Positions 8,324 to 19,600 of a stretch of 64,000 nt of DNA are shown here, piece after piece (position 1 is the first letter of the stretch; every line of letters begins with the position of its first letter). The stretch comes from an uncultured Candidatus Saccharibacteria bacterium (lineage in GTDB: Bacteria > Patescibacteriota > Saccharimonadia > Saccharimonadales > 2-12-FULL-41-12): the NCBI GenBank assembly GCA_964648105.1, contig CAZYMH010000005.1, forward strand, positions 36 through 64,035. Reading direction: 5' to 3'. The notes under the pieces are model-generated. The model made no database searches, was not told the DNA's origin, and was given only the letters and a program-made list of their open reading frames with translations. A program made the position numbers and the translations under genes.

Positions 8324-9850
8324 ATGAGTGAAATTAATGTAAAAGAATTATCGAACGAAATTAGACAAGCCATATCAGGTCTAAAAAACCAGCCCGAAGT
8401 CCAAAATGTTGGTGTAGTAACCAGAGTCGGTGATGGCGTAGCCTGGATTTATGGGCTGCGTGATGCTGGGTTTAATGAAGTGCTTGAGATCGAGAATTCC
8501 GATGGTACTAAAGTCACGGCTTTTGCCCTTAACTTAGGCGAAAATGAAATCGGTGCTGTAATTTTGGGCAGTGATCTTGGCGTTAAAGCTGGCTCAAAAG
8601 TATCTCTAACTGGTAAAAGTTTGCAAATTCCAGTTGGCAAAGAGATTTTGGGGCGTGTAGTTGATCCGCTTGGCAATCCACTTGACGGCAAAGGACCGCT
8701 GAAGACTAAGCAAACCAACCCGATTGAGCGAAATGCTATAGGTGTGTTAGGCCGAAAAGGTGTCCACGAGCCTTTAATGACAGGTATTACCGCGATTGAC
8801 GCTCTTGTACCAATTGGACGGGGCCAGCGTGAGTTGATCATCGGGGATAGGCAAACTGGTAAGACAGCAATTGCTGTCGATACTATGATTAACCAACATC
8901 GTCAAAAAACTGGTGTCTATAACATCTATGTAGCAGTTGGCCAAAAAGCGTCGAAGGTCGCCAGAATTGTCGAGCGGCTCAAGCGTGAAGGTGTTATGGA
9001 TCAAACCGTAGTAGTTTCTACATCAGCTTCAGACCCAGCAGCAATGCAATATTTGGCTCCTTATGCAGGAACGGCGATCGGCGAATATTTCCGAGATAAT
9101 GGCGAGCATGCTTTGATTATTCATGATGATTTATCAAAACATGCCAATGCTTATCGGCAAATGAGCTTATTATTGCGTCGTCCACCAGGTCGCGAAGCCT
9201 TCCCTGGTGACGTATTTTATCTTCATTCACGTTTACTCGAGCGAGCCTCAAAATTATCCGATAAATTAGGTGGTGGTTCACTAACAGCCTTGCCGATTAT
9301 TGAAACCCAAGCTGGTGATATCTCAGCTTATATCCCAACTAACGTCATTTCGATTACTGATGGTCAAATCTTCCTCGAGACAAACTTGTTTTATCAGGGT
9401 ATTCGACCTGCTATTTCGGTCGGTACATCGGTGTCGCGTGTTGGTGGCTCAGCCCAAACCAAGGTAGTTAAACAAGCTTCGGGTGGCTTGAAGTTAAGCT
9501 TGGCTCAATTTCGTGAACTTGCGGCGTTTGCCCAATTCTCTACAGATCTTGATGCCGACACTAAACATCGTATCGAGCGCGGTCGCCGACTGACTGAGCT
9601 GCTAAAACAACCACAATACTCGCCATTCGCTATCTGGGAACAAGCTGCCATGCTATTTGCAGCTAACGATGGAGCCTTTGATGATGTGCCTGTCGAAAAA
9701 ATCAACGAAGTTCGCGATAGTTTGCTAGGTGAACTCAAACGATCTCACAAAAAATTGGTTGATCTATTAAATTCTGGTGACAAGCCAGACGACAAGACCG
9801 TCGAGACAATCACTAAAGTGGCCAAAGATATCGCTAAGGGTTACAAATAA
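8324..9850 (+). CDS. atpA: F0F1 ATP synthase subunit alpha
   Basis: 508 aa with Walker A GDRQTGKT and full-length alpha-subunit sequence character. Confidence 0.97.
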   Translation: MSEINVKELSNEIRQAISGLKNQPEVQNVGVVTRVGDGVAWIYGLRDAGFNEVLEIENSDGTKVTAFALNLGENEIGAVILGSDLGVKAGSKVSLTGKSLQIPVGKEILGRVVDPLGNPLDGKGPLKTKQTNPIERNAIGVLGRKGVHEPLMTGITAIDALVPIGRGQRELIIGDRQTGKTAIAVDTMINQHRQKTGVYNIYVAVGQKASKVARIVERLKREGVMDQTVVVSTSASDPAAMQYLAPYAGTAIGEYFRDNGEHALIIHDDLSKHANAYRQMSLLLRRPPGREAFPGDVFYLHSRLLERASKLSDKLGGGSLTALPIIETQAGDISAYIPTNVISITDGQIFLETNLFYQGIRPAISVGTSVSRVGGSAQTKVVKQASGGLKLSLAQFRELAAFAQFSTDLDADTKHRIERGRRLTELLKQPQYSPFAIWEQAAMLFAANDGAFDDVPVEKINEVRDSLLGELKRSHKKLVDLLNSGDKPDDKTVETITKVAKDIAKGYK

Positions 9851-9881
9851 TGCATAAGAATAATTGCTAGGAGAACTTTAA

Positions 9882-10757
9882 ATGGCTAATACAACTTCGC
9901 TAAAAAGACGAATTGGCTCGGTCAAAAACACCAAGCAAATTACTAAAGCTATGGAACTTGTGGCAGCTTCCAAGATGAAAAAAGCTCAAGATCAAGCTTT
10001 GGCGTCGAGGAACTATCGGATTGCGGCTGGTGATTTGCTGAGGAAACTGAGCAGTGTTAGTGATGTCGAGCGAAATAGCTTGTTTGAGCTACGAGAAATC
10101 AAAAAAAGTTTATTCGTGATAATTACTAGTGATATAGGATTAGCGGGGGCTTATGATGCCAATGCTCTCAAGCAAATTACCGTGAAATTACGTGAAAACC
10201 ATCATAAATCAATCAAAAATCAAGTGATAGCTATCGGTAAAAAAGGTTCTCAATTTTGCTCGAAACTTAAAAATGTTGATATGATTGCTAGTTTCCCTGC
10301 TTTTGGCACTCAGCCAAAAGGGTCAGATATACGGCCAATTGTCCAAACTATTTTGGATAAATATGAATCACAAGAAGTCGACCAAGTAGTAATAATTTAT
10401 ACAAAATTTATATCTAGTATCAACCAGACGGTTGAAAGTCTCCAAATTTTGCCTGCTCGCTCACCTGTTGAAGATAAAAAATTATCAGAACTTGAAGTTG
10501 CTATTTTTGAGCCATCGATCGAATCGATTATCGAGTCTTGCGTTAAGCGATTGATTGAAGTTCAGATCTGGCAAGCGATTTTAGAAAGTATGGCCAGCGA
10601 ATTCTCGTCAAGAATGATGGCTATGAAAAACGCTACTGACAATGCCAATGATATTATTGATGATTTGACGCTAGAGTTCAACACTGCTCGTCAAGCGGCA
10701 ATTACTCAAGAAATTGCTGAAATTGTTGGCGGAGCAGAGGCAGTTAAGGTAGATTAA
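9882..10757 (+). CDS. atpG: F0F1 ATP synthase subunit gamma
   Basis: 291 aa. N-terminus has IGSVKNTKQITKAMELVAASKMKKAQ and the C-terminus has ARQAAITQEIAEIVGGAEA. Confidence 0.95.
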   Translation: MANTTSLKRRIGSVKNTKQITKAMELVAASKMKKAQDQALASRNYRIAAGDLLRKLSSVSDVERNSLFELREIKKSLFVIITSDIGLAGAYDANALKQITVKLRENHHKSIKNQVIAIGKKGSQFCSKLKNVDMIASFPAFGTQPKGSDIRPIVQTILDKYESQEVDQVVIIYTKFISSINQTVESLQILPARSPVEDKKLSELEVAIFEPSIESIIESCVKRLIEVQIWQAILESMASEFSSRMMAMKNATDNANDIIDDLTLEFNTARQAAITQEIAEIVGGAEAVKVD

Positions 10758-10812
10758 GATAAATTATATGAGAATAGCATGATGGTAATAGAAAATATAG
10801 ACGAATTTTTAG

Positions 10813-12209
<1,397 letters not shown>

Positions 12210-12210
<1 letters not shown>

Positions 12211-12638
12211 TGGCTTTGCAACTGCAAATTATTCATCTTAATGGAGTTTTCACCGATCGGGCGATTTTTCAGATCGATGTGCCAACTACCGCTGGCCCAA
12301 TCGCTATCAACGAAGGACATGCTCCTTTAGTTGGTGACATCAAACCAGGAATTGTCACTATTATCAATAAAAAAGGCGATGCTCAGAGTCACCACGAAAA
12401 CCTCGCAATTTACGAAGGCACTGTTGAAGTTTTGAATAATAACGTAACAATTCTCGTTGATGATGTTGATACCCCTGAAGAAATCACTGAAGCCGAAGCT
12501 CAAAAGGCATACCAGCGAGCCAAAGACCTGACCTCTAAGTCAGGCAAAGCTGTTGAGCTAGCCGAAGCTCATAGTATGATGGACCGCTCGGCCGTTCGTT
12601 TGCAACTAGCTAGCCTAAAACGCCGCCGTCGATCATAA
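12210..12638 (+). CDS. atpC: F0F1 ATP synthase subunit epsilon
   Basis: 142 aa. Its ATG overlaps the atpD stop (TAATG). It has beta-sandwich plus helical-hairpin character. Its last 68 nt include the left copy of the 58-bp repeat. Confidence 0.9.
12571..12628 (+). repeat. 58-bp direct repeat, left copy (inside the atpC 3' end); candidate attL
   Basis: ATAGTATGATGGACCGCTCGGCCGTTCGTTTGCAACTAGCTAGCCTAAAACGCCGCCG is identical to 15363-15420. Confidence 0.95.
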
Positions 12639-12741
12639 TCAGTCGCCTAACCGTGTCTTCTTTATGTATGCTGTGTATTATTAAGTAGATTTATCTTTAA
12701 TGATTTTTTGGAGCAATCTAAATATGTGTGATGGTTAGTGA

Positions 12742-14079
12742 CTATTTTTCGTCCGCTAATTCTGATATTTCTTTTACGGCAGAAGCAATAATGCATAGTT
12801 CATCAAAACTTGCTTGTTTTGGCAGATTTACCTTTAGGTCTAAAGCTAATTCTACCCCATGTTTAATAGTCATATTTTGCTTTTTGCCAAGATTGTCGAT
12901 CATCGACTTATAGTCAACTTTTTTATTATTATTTTTGTATAAGTGCATTCGATATGCCTGGATTGTCTGTTTGACAATGTACGATGTCGAGTTAGGTTTC
13001 TTGTAGTATTGCTGTAACTGTTTGTTGATTTCGTTTTCTAATGAACATAGGACTAAGCTAGCTTCATTTTTTACTGAGCTAAACGGTGGAGGTGCAACTT
13101 GTATGTTTTCTTTTGACAAGCGAATATAATCATAAAATAATTCATGAAGAAATATGTATTTTCTGTTCCTACGAATTAAAATTTTATTGAAATCCTCAAC
13201 ACGATTAATACTAAAAGAGACTTTTACTTCGTAATTAGTACTGAAATAATCACTAATATTGTGCAATGTTTTGTAGTAATCAACGCTGACGTTGCCGATT
13301 AACAATATATCAATATCAGATTGTTTACTTATTAGTTGTGGGTTTAGTAGACTTCCCCAGCAGTAGATAGAAAGTTCGATTTCAGCCAACTGCGAAGCTG
13401 TATATATCTTAGCTAGCGTAAGTATTACAGTTAATCTAGCCAAATTATTGTAGTAACTGTCAATATTGTGTTTACCATGACTTGTGGCAAACAATCCTAG
13501 GTATGGTTTTTCTTTATTGATAGCTTGGATTTTGTCAATAAAATTTTGGCTATACTTTGAGGGGTCATTCTTTGAGTAAGAGATTAATAATGGCACCTCT
13601 ACATCTTTCATGCCCTTAAACCAGCCCAAAGTATCTTTGTTGTTTGGGTGGTTTTGTAGCTCATTTTTTGACTTTTTTAGGTTGGCATTTATTTTTTTGC
13701 TTTGATGCAATTGGTTGATTAATTCAAAAAAATCGTTTTTTATGTGTTTCGTTTCTAGGCTTTGTATTGGAGAGAATAGTAATATAGCCTCACATTTCTT
13801 AAGGAGTGTCGGCTCGATCTGATTGAGAATGTATGTCGAGAATGAGTATGCGATTACTACAAAAGGCTTGTTGTTGGCTGTCATTTTTTGGAGTTCTTTT
13901 TTAACAGATTCGATACAGGCCGAAACAGAAAAAGATTGGTCGCTTCTTTTATCGAATCCAGGGTACGAATGATAATAAATAGTGGCTCCAGCTTTTCTGA
14001 AATCTTGCAGAACTAAGTATTGTTTGTGGGTACTCGGAATGCCAGGCAAAAAGAGTACTTGCAGGTTAAGTTTGTCCAT
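12742..14079 (-). CDS. Fusion protein: N-terminal alpha/beta-hydrolase-like domain plus Pol-beta-superfamily nucleotidyltransferase and a helical C-terminal domain
   Basis: 445 aa. The hydrolase part has VLFLPGIPSTH, the nucleophile-elbow-like VVIAYSFSTY, and later SKNDPS and SHGKHN. The NTase motif is GSLLNPQLISKQSDIDILLIG (G[GS]-x9-13-DxD). Confidence 0.55.
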   Translation of the reverse strand: MDKLNLQVLFLPGIPSTHKQYLVLQDFRKAGATIYYHSYPGFDKRSDQSFSVSACIESVKKELQKMTANNKPFVVIAYSFSTYILNQIEPTLLKKCEAILLFSPIQSLETKHIKNDFFELINQLHQSKKINANLKKSKNELQNHPNNKDTLGWFKGMKDVEVPLLISYSKNDPSKYSQNFIDKIQAINKEKPYLGLFATSHGKHNIDSYYNNLARLTVILTLAKIYTASQLAEIELSIYCWGSLLNPQLISKQSDIDILLIGNVSVDYYKTLHNISDYFSTNYEVKVSFSINRVEDFNKILIRRNRKYIFLHELFYDYIRLSKENIQVAPPPFSSVKNEASLVLCSLENEINKQLQQYYKKPNSTSYIVKQTIQAYRMHLYKNNNKKVDYKSMIDNLGKKQNMTIKHGVELALDLKVNLPKQASFDELCIIASAVKEISELADEK

Positions 14080-15298
14080 ATATTAATTGTATTCCATCAT
14101 TAATTTTTTCTAACATTTCTTGGCTAGGACATTCCCCTGGAGTACATTTGCTGGATAAAGTTTTGCGTATTAGTGTGCTTGTGTCGTTGATCGCCTCATC
14201 TGTTTTTGTAATTGCCGCTTTCTGCAAATTTTCCGTTAATAAATCTGTGATTTCGGGGTGAGTCTTAGATCCATCATATTTAGCTGCATAAGCTCTTATG
14301 TTTCTAAACTTCACCTTTGTACTAGAATATTGCTTATACCTACGATCTAATTCCTCAGAGCTTATTCCTTTTGTCTTTGACAATGCTAAAAGTGGTACAA
14401 ATTTCGTAAAGAAATCAATGTCCCAATTATTTAATATTGTTGATATGTCAATATTGTTTGGAATATAGCTGACTAGTGCGTAGTGTATCGGTATGTCGGG
14501 CGAAACCGTTGTCGTGTATGGTGCAATATTTCTAACTGCACTCTGACCAACTAGCATAACAATATGATTTAACCCTTCGTATTTTTCTATTAACATTTCT
14601 GGCATTAAACTCAAGGCGATTTTCGGATCTAGCACCATTTTATTGCTGCCAATGAAATCTAGGGATAATCCATTTTTTCGTGGTCTCTCAATCCAGGCTT
14701 TTTCTGGCAGTCCAGCAAGCACCCCCTTTAAGTAGTTATGGTTACCTGGTGAAATAATAGGTATATTGCTTGCGTCTAAAGACAGAGATAGGTAGAGATG
14801 ATCGCGTTTTTCGTTTCTGAAATCACATTCCTTACAGTCAGGACATGTCAGCTTAGATAAATTTTTCCCTACTGCCAGAGAAGTATCACAGTTGTTACAT
14901 ATAGTCATCTCCTTGCGTGAGGTCGTTATTTTACCATCTTCATGCATTCGCACTATTTTTTCTTTTATCCAAGCCTGTGTGTCGTCATCACTATCTGCGA
15001 TAATCTTTGCTTGCTCTTGAATGCCCAAATTATTTTTAAGAAAGTCACGCCTTTCGGCTAATAACCTATCAAAAACCTGTGTCCTATCGGTGGGGTTATC
15101 AGGATATGCATCATCCATTTTTTTGCCATAGTTATTCCATAACTCTACCCGTAGAGTGTCACCGTTCGTCAAATAGGATTTGATACCATTAAGCACTCTG
15201 GCGGCTAAAAGTGGCGTTAATCTTTCTAACTGCTGGGCAAAGTTATCTCTATTTTGACTTGCGGCACTAATATAGACAGTGTCTTTACTAAATTCCAT
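14066..15298 (-). CDS. Class Ia (MetRS-like) aminoacyl-tRNA-synthetase paralogue lacking HIGH and KMSKS; retains a CxxC...CxxC zinc knuckle
   Basis: 410 aa. The zinc knuckle is CNNCDTS...CPDCKEC followed by EKRDHLYLSLS (compare the MetRS knuckle plus hyFFrLS). AWIERPRKNGLSLDF resembles W.ISR..WG, and HIVMLVGQSA resembles h.iGkDi. There is no His in the first ~118 aa. It overlaps the next gene by 14 nt. Confidence 0.5.
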   Translation of the reverse strand: MEFSKDTVYISAASQNRDNFAQQLERLTPLLAARVLNGIKSYLTNGDTLRVELWNNYGKKMDDAYPDNPTDRTQVFDRLLAERRDFLKNNLGIQEQAKIIADSDDDTQAWIKEKIVRMHEDGKITTSRKEMTICNNCDTSLAVGKNLSKLTCPDCKECDFRNEKRDHLYLSLSLDASNIPIISPGNHNYLKGVLAGLPEKAWIERPRKNGLSLDFIGSNKMVLDPKIALSLMPEMLIEKYEGLNHIVMLVGQSAVRNIAPYTTTVSPDIPIHYALVSYIPNNIDISTILNNWDIDFFTKFVPLLALSKTKGISSEELDRRYKQYSSTKVKFRNIRAYAAKYDGSKTHPEITDLLTENLQKAAITKTDEAINDTSTLIRKTLSSKCTPGECPSQEMLEKINDGIQLIYGQT

Positions 15299-15309
15299 AA
15301 TATCAACAT

Positions 15310-15318
15310 ATTATAACA
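15310..15318 (-). promoter_or_regulatory. Extended -10 box (TGTTATAAT) for the cassette operon
   Basis: The minus strand reads TGTTATAAT, then 11 nt, then the ATG at 15298. There is no SD, which implies a very short or leaderless 5' UTR. Confidence 0.35.
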
Positions 15319-15362
15319 TCTTAACGCTAGAAATACAGGTGTTGTGCAGTTTTTGATAATTT

Positions 15363-15420
15363 ATAGTATGATGGACCGCTCGGCCGTTCGTTTGCAACTA
15401 GCTAGCCTAAAACGCCGCCG
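15363..15420 (+). repeat. 58-bp direct repeat, right copy; candidate attR and orphaned ancestral atpC end
   Basis: Identical to 12571-12628. In the atpC frame it would read ...SMMDRSAVRLQLASLKRRRK-stop. Confidence 0.95.
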
Positions 15421-15554
15421 CAAATAAAATACTTGAACTGTTAAATAAACAGGAGTATTCTATTTATTTAGTTAATTAAGTAAAATATGAGGAAATAAAA
15501 GTGCCAAGAGAATTTTTTCCAGTTAATAATACGGAAAATCACGAAGGAGAAACA

Positions 15555-16556
15555 ATGACAATAACAGTCGAAACAATCGCACCAAATGGACTTGGGTACG
15601 GCGAAGGAAGTATATCTGCTAAAAATGCCGAAGCTGAACTGGTCAAAAAAGTCGAAGATGCGTCTAAAGACCCTAGAGCAAATATAAAAATCAGCAATGT
15701 CGACTATGATACATGTTCGGACGGAAGATGTACATCTTGTATTCAGTGCATTAAAGACGGTGAGATCAAACAGAGCTTTGAGCAAACGTTCTGTTATAAA
15801 TCATTTGGTAGCGGCATAACTATGGGTGTCGCAGGAAATATTGCAGTTGGCAATAACCAAATAAGTACGGTTGCTGGTCAATTTGATGTATCTAGTAAAA
15901 CGTTCGATAAAACCGATGGTTTAGAGTACGCTGTTCATTCATCTGATCACGCATCTGGAAATGACAGTGGTTGTGGAGCTATCGACAATGCCCCTGTAAT
16001 TTTGAAAAATGCCATCAAGTATAAACAACAAATTATTGATACAATGGCGGCTGTTTTTGGTGAAAATAGTCACACTGACAGCTACATGCAAGCTTTGCAT
16101 GACACTTACGCTAATTTTGAAGAGTTTGTTGTAACCGATGATTTTAAGAACGAAGAATATGCTGGTGCCGATATTGTAGGTCATATTGCTGAGTCAGGCC
16201 GAAAAGTAAAAGTCCTCAGTGGCTCACACCGTGAACTAAGAGTTCGGATCAATGTTGATATCGATGAACACACCACCAACCAAGCTTTTATCCGTGAAGC
16301 AGCCAATGACGAAGCACAGATTTTTGCTGTAGATGTACCACGAATGAAGCAAATAGCCGATAAAATGCATCATTCACTCGATAATAAGCGTAAAGCATTG
16401 ATGGGCATGATGATTTATAGTCTAGCGACAGCAGCCACCTTAACCGACGGCACACTGCCAGTCGACAAAATTTATGCCAAATACCCTTGTCCAAGTGCCG
16501 ATGTCTTTAAATCACACAAAAAAACCAAAGCTAAAGCCAAGTTTGCAACTGTCTAG
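15555..16556 (+). CDS. Hypothetical protein with a Cys cluster (C-x4-C-x2-C-x2-C) and an HSSDH...SGCGAID motif
   Basis: The start is set at ATG 15555, 6 nt after GGAG; the ORF track starts at an upstream GTG (15501). No family was recognised with confidence. Confidence 0.6.
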   Translation: MTITVETIAPNGLGYGEGSISAKNAEAELVKKVEDASKDPRANIKISNVDYDTCSDGRCTSCIQCIKDGEIKQSFEQTFCYKSFGSGITMGVAGNIAVGNNQISTVAGQFDVSSKTFDKTDGLEYAVHSSDHASGNDSGCGAIDNAPVILKNAIKYKQQIIDTMAAVFGENSHTDSYMQALHDTYANFEEFVVTDDFKNEEYAGADIVGHIAESGRKVKVLSGSHRELRVRINVDIDEHTTNQAFIREAANDEAQIFAVDVPRMKQIADKMHHSLDNKRKALMGMMIYSLATAATLTDGTLPVDKIYAKYPCPSADVFKSHKKTKAKAKFATV

Positions 16557-16625
16557 TAAATAATATTCATTCACTAAAGATTTATATAGTTTGGTTCTAT
16601 CAACAATTATTGGTTCAATTTAGTA

Positions 16626-19600
16626 TTAAGGTTGTTGGTTTAATAGATCATCGATGAATTCTAGTGTTCCGAGGTGACTGACTTCATAACGCGAAGTATC
16701 GGGCAAATCATAATTAACAATTTTTTGGTAGACAATTTGGACCAGTTTAGTAACTTGTTCGATTTCATTATGATCAGGTGTATAAGTGCGTGAGAGATTT
16801 TTGGGATTATCGGCATCTAAGTATATCATTTGACCAATAATCTGCTTATTTTTGGTGTCTATTCGGGAGTTATTTCGGAGTAAAATCGCATAAAAAATTA
16901 ACTGCATGCGTTGTCGCCACGCTTTGCTAGCAAGTGTTTTGTCTTGAGTTGTGAAGCTATGGAGCGGCTTGCCAGTTTTGTAATCAGATACTACAATTTC
17001 ATTATCATATTCATCAATTCGATCAAGTTGACCACTTAGAATTGCAGATTCAAGCCTGACTGGCTTAAGATTTTGTTCTGGCAAACTTCCCTTTTTTAAT
17101 TCCAAAAATCCTTCGCTAAACAACTTATCGATCAGATTTTGGCCATGCTCGAGATATTTTTCGGTTTCTATGAATGATAGCTTTTGATCATATAGTGATT
17201 TTTTATAGGCATTTTTGACTTTATTTATATCAAAAGTGTCTAGGTTAGTTAATTTTTGAGCAACTTCTAGAGCCGCATGGGCAGCCGTTCCATACGCTAA
17301 GTGACTAGACTTTGATTCTGGTAAACGGAGGATGTTACGTTGCAAAAAATAATCTGGTCCACCTCTGGTAAGATCAAGAAAATTTAGTAAATGTGTGACG
17401 CTAAGTGTATAATCCTCAAGCCTTTTTTTGAGCATTTCCTTCTCGTCAGCAGGGTATAGCCGAGGAAACTTAAGGGCGTTTTCGAGTATTTCAATCGGCG
17501 AAATTTTATCTGGCCAAATACTCTCGTCGATTACCGAAGCGATGATTGGTGTTGGGGCTACGTCTTTGCCAAAATCATCATAGCGATAATTAGAAATATA
17601 AAGGTTTTGCTTGGCTCTAGTAATTGCTACATACATTAACCTAACATAATCATCGTCTTCGTCACCATTTGCTTGCAAGGGCAAATTAGCTGGGCTGGAA
17701 CGTGCATTACTGCGAGGTGACCACTTGGTTTTGGTAGTGTCAATAATATAAACATTGTCGAATTCTAGGCCCTTAGCTTTATGAACAGACAAGAGTTGCA
17801 CGGCGTTTTTGCCAGATACAAAAAATGATTCGTCGCTAACTATCTCTTCGTTAATAATCTGTTGGTCGACATAATTTACAAAATCTTCTAAACTCGGTTT
17901 ATTTTGGGAGCTAAACTCTTCGGCCAGACTCCTCAAATAATGGACTGCCGATAATCCACTTAAATATTGATTAAAATCTTTGGAACTATTTTTGACAAAA
18001 TAATCATATAAAACGCTTGCGTAGCCATCTGGATTTTTCAAACCCAAAATGTACTCTAAGCTAACCGATAAATTCTCGTGGGCAATTAGTCTAGCGAGTT
18101 CTAAAATATAGTTTGCATGGGTTTGATGAACTTTTTCGGAGCTTTGCTCTAAACTTCCTAACCAATCAGGGTCGTAATAATTCTTTAGAGCCATTTGCCA
18201 TAAATCATGGGCCGACATTCCCCACATTGGGTGCAGTAAACTCTGGTGCAAGTACGTGTTTAGGTCGTATAAATCACCATTTTTGATACACAAAACAATT
18301 TTACTCAGTAGTAACACTTGTTCGACCAGCGGATGTTCTAGTGAATTAGCCTGTTGCTCGAAACTAATTGGCACTTTAAGCTGTAATAATCGAGTTGCTA
18401 TCTCTCTTAAACTAGAGTTATTACGAGCAATAAGTGATGTAGTTTGTTTGGAACTATAATTATTTTTTATGTGACGAGCTAGAGCTTCGTACTGAGTTAA
18501 TTGAGTGTCAAACCGAAAGTAATTTATATGGCTATTTTTTATATTTTTTTGAGCGATAAGGTGTTTATTTAGCGATTTGTCAGTATTTACAACTCGTACT
18601 TCGCAGGCCTCAATTATTTTTTGACTAAAATCTAAGATTTTTTGGCTGGAGCGATAATTGTTTTTCAGTACTATTACTTCGCAAAAAGGCTGATAATAAT
18701 TTTTAAAATGTATTAAGTTATCTAGTTCGGCTCCATTGAATTTAAAAATTGATTGATCGTCGTCACCAACTACCATTATATTTGACTTACCTTCACTACT
18801 GTAATGATCTGCTACCAAATGAGCCAGTCGAAGCTGGGCTGCATTCGTATCCTGAAACTCGTCAATCATCACATAACTAAATCGTTCTTGAATGTCGGCC
18901 AACATCGATGAATTATTCTCCAAAGCCGACAAAACCTCAACTAACATATCGGAATAGTCATAAAAGCCTCGTAGATGCATTGTCTCGCGGTATTTTCGGT
19001 AAAAATCAGCTACTTCTAACCACCATAAATTTTTTCGACGTTCAGCATGCATACCTTTTTGGCCAGCTTCAGTTTTTATCCATTTGTTCTTCCATTTGCT
19101 GACATTTGTCGTTTTATTAGTGCCTGTGTCTTCATCAATAGCTTGAGTTAAGCTGGATTTTATTACTGACGATAAACTTATCAATGGTTTAATATATTCA
19201 TCGATTTTTTGGTCAGGTAGATTATTAACTTGTTCAAGGATTTTTGGTAACTTGTTATAAGCTAACCGAGGAGTGGTGATATTTACTAGTTCTGGTTCAA
19301 TCATGTCTATATATTGCAAATTGGCATCTAAAATTGCCTGGAGCTTATCTGGTGTTAAGCCTGCTTCTTTAGCTAATCTTAGTGCCGATTTCAAATCTTT
19401 GAGCATGGTGTATTTACCAGCGAATTTACTGGTTAACGAAGAGCTTAGTGGAAATTCATCTAACAAACTAATAATGATTTCGTCAGCTACAGCGTCGGGT
19501 ACCGCCGTCAGTTTGGCATTATTCCAAAATGCATCAGGGTAAGCGTTGATAATCTCACTAGCAAAACTATGAAAAGTTTTAACATTTACCTTGCTGGCTT

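Larger units (their letters stand above)
12571..15420. mobile_element. Candidate integrated cassette or genomic islet at the atpC 3' end, without a recombinase
   Basis: Perfect 58-bp direct repeats flank it, and the distal copy encodes an alternative atpC C-terminus. The interior is an opposite-strand two-gene operon of unusual proteins and appears more AT-rich by hand counts. Confidence 0.6.

Noticed and set aside
12728-12913. 61-aa plus-strand ORF just after atpC
   Set aside because: It overlaps the 3' end of the 445-aa minus-strand gene, has no SD and shows no recognisable features.
15555-16556. Calling the 333-aa protein a beta-carbonic anhydrase
   Set aside because: CSDGR and a CGA motif are suggestive, but the His-Cys spacing (H-x8-C rather than HxxC), the extra cysteines and the length do not fit. 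It is kept as hypothetical.
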